A DNA stretch of 64,000 nucleotides, from positions 134,852,001 through 134,916,000 of the forward strand of contig NC_058368.1 in the NCBI RefSeq assembly GCF_018350175.1, in the 5' to 3' direction. Made by a program: the position numbers and the translations under genes. Shown piece by piece: positions 61,771 to 64,000 of this stretch (position 1 is its first letter; each line of letters begins with the position of its first letter). The DNA is from Felis catus (taxonomy: Eukaryota). Below the pieces are notes generated by a model. The model worked only from the letters and a program-made list of their open reading frames with translations. It ran no database searches and was not told the DNA's origin.

Positions 61771-63649
61771 GAAGACAGCAGGGATCAGAAGGCTGCTCCT
61801 TGTGCCCCTCCAGTTGATGAGCTATAAGGGAGTGTCTACTGCTCGTCTGGACATATGATGGCGCATCAGGAACTTCTGCTCTGGATTTCTATGGCAGAAA
61901 GGAGGAGTCCTCACTTCCCATGCCCCCTCCAGCCTTCCTCTGGCTTGGTGTCCCAGCTTCCCTGGCTGAAGCCACAAATGCAACCCCACTTCTATCGACC
62001 TTTGAGTTAATCTCCACTTCTTTCCCCTCTCTCTCCTACTTGCCAAATCATGACACTGCTGAGGTTTAAACCCTCCGTGCTCAGGGGCCCTCAGAAGCAC
62101 TCCTCAAGCTGATCTCACCCTCTACAGCTGGCCATTGGGCTTGGAACGTTTTTGGAAGGATACCTAAGGACAGAGACACGAGGGACTTGCTGAAGGCCGG
62201 CAAGTAGCCAAGCCTGACCTGTCTCCCCAAGGGGTTCAGCAGCTCCGGCCTGATGCCTTATTTGACGAGAATTTCTCAACATGCATGGAGGCACTGCAAA
62301 GAGCCCAAATGCACAATGCCACTTGGTCCCTGACCTCGGTCTTCGTGTTCTCTTACCCAAAAGTCAGGTACTTTCTCTTACTCTTCTAAACACTCTTTGA
62401 GCTTCAAAGGTTTCCACTTCTCCCCGTTTACCAAAGCAGCTACAGAAGCACCTTCCTGCCGTGTCAACTGCCCAAAGGAGGGAATTGCAGAGATTCAAGT
62501 CCTTGACCCTTGGGCATTCACAATCTAAGACATGGCCAAGCTAGGACATATTAAACCTAAACATGAAATGCTGAAGAGATAAAAAAGAATGGGCCCATTT
62601 AAATCAAGGATAAGTGCAGGAAAGGTGAGGAGCCAGGCTGAGGAGCTGGGGGTGGGGAGGGAGGAGGGCCTACAGTTCCAAGCCTGGGCAGGAAGAAGTG
62701 AGAAGTTATCTCCGTTCCAGTGGTCAGGGCTGACAAGAGTTTTGTGAAAGGGTGGCATTTCATGGACATCAACGAACCTCTTTGCAGGGCATAGTGAGTA
62801 AGAGAAGCTGTTCTCCAGACACCTGCAGTGTGATGGGTCCCCAGGAGGACAGCCTTAAGGGGGTGGGGGGTGCGGGCCTGAAAAACTTCAGAGCAGAAGT
62901 GAGTCAGCAGACGCTATTTGCTCCTAATAAGAGCCCTGCAGACAGACCTCTCCAGGAGAAACAAAATGAAGTTCCAGCTGTATCAGCTATTATGGTTGAT
63001 TTTCAGCCAATTGCACCTAGAGTGAGCTGCAAAAGGTACCAATTAGCTGTTTTGATTTAGCAGCGGTCAGGAAAACAACCCCGAGCTCGGCCTATCTCCA
63101 ATCTTCACTTGTCATTTTCCCCAGCTAGACCAGTGGAGAGACAGCACCACACGAAACCCCACTGTCCCAGGCCTGTGAATTGCACATGCCCACCACAGGC
63201 GAACGGCAGGACTACGCCGGGGCCTGAGCGAATTCATCGGGAGTTGCCAGACTGTTCTCCTTCCTACTCTCTAGGAGGGGGCATGTTTCTACACATGTGA
63301 AGACTTAGGAGAGGAAAGCTAATGACAACACGTTAGTGAAACAAACCTGATTTGAAGCAGGCACATTAACCAGGAAGCTTCATTTTTTCTCACCCACAAA
63401 CGCACGCACGTGCACAAACATGGAGTTCCTTTTTCCCTGTCGGCTCACAGGAAGCACAACCCACGGAGTCTCCTTTTTTGGCATGGTGAATCAGGATGCA
63501 GTAGGGGTGAAGTGTCGGGGTGGCTAGAAAGACTTTCCCAAACTCCCTTGTCAAGAATCTCTGTGTGTCTTATCTGCTTGTAAAAAAAATTTTTTTTTCT
63601 TATCAAAGTAAGACATGAATGTCACTTAAAGAGTGAAATGATAATGGAC

Positions 63650-63860
63650 AGGGTGTGTTGTTGAATGCCAGAATTGTACTAGGTACTTTACAAGCATTAT
63701 CTTACTTAATTCTCAACCCCCCCTGCGTCGTGTCAGTCCCATTGTACTGATGTGAAAACGGAGGCACACAGATCATAAGTAACTTTCTCAAGGTCACCAT
63801 GCTACGTAGCAGTGGCATTAGAATTTGAACTTCAACAGTTTTTCTCTGGCATTAGTACAT
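63650..63860 (-). mobile_element. MIR
   Basis: tgccagaattgtactaggtactttaca...gatgtgaaaacggaggcacacaga...gaatttgaac. Confidence 0.7.
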
Positions 63861-64000
63861 TTAATATTACGGTATTCTGCTTCAAGAAAGTTTATAATAA
63901 AAGTTTAGAGTTCAGAGTCTTGGAAAAAAAAAAGTAGCAGATTCCTAACTCTCTCTCCCTCTCACACTCTCTTTCTCCTCATTGTCCTACTCCTCACAAG

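Noticed and set aside
58700..63500. Mildly CpG-enriched unique stretches as a possible lncRNA or enhancer
   Set aside because: No CpG island, exon chain or convincing motif cluster that I can support from sequence alone.

Overview
Mammalian genomic DNA from a feliform carnivore, most likely a felid, judged from abundant SINEC_Fc-type Can-SINEs and a young L1_Fc-like LINE. Bases ~1-26,850 hold the 3' part of PIK3R1 (PI3K regulatory subunit p85-alpha) on the + strand. Exons 5-16 (human numbering) are present with intact GT-AG sites and the expected lengths. Intron 7 carries the two internal first exons for p50-alpha (MHNLQT, in a CpG island) and p55-alpha/AS53 (MYNTVWNMEDL...). The ~4.1 kb 3'UTR has three AATAAA signals and many miRNA seed sites. 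Bases ~27,000-64,000 show no recognisable gene and are transposon-rich: a ~15 kb stack of nested co-oriented L1s, a triple-nested LTR, and two independent L1 insertions forming a ~1.5 kb inverted repeat. I found no clear evidence of a wholly new biological system. The best leads are candidate regulatory or isoform features of PIK3R1 (an overlapping uORF on p55-alpha, a hairpin-masked in-frame alternative acceptor at exon 15, a stop-free exon 5-7 circle bracketed by inverted SINEs) and the unusual TE architecture. Repeat family names were assigned by eye from remembered consensus sequences, and TE boundaries are approximate unless a TSD is cited.
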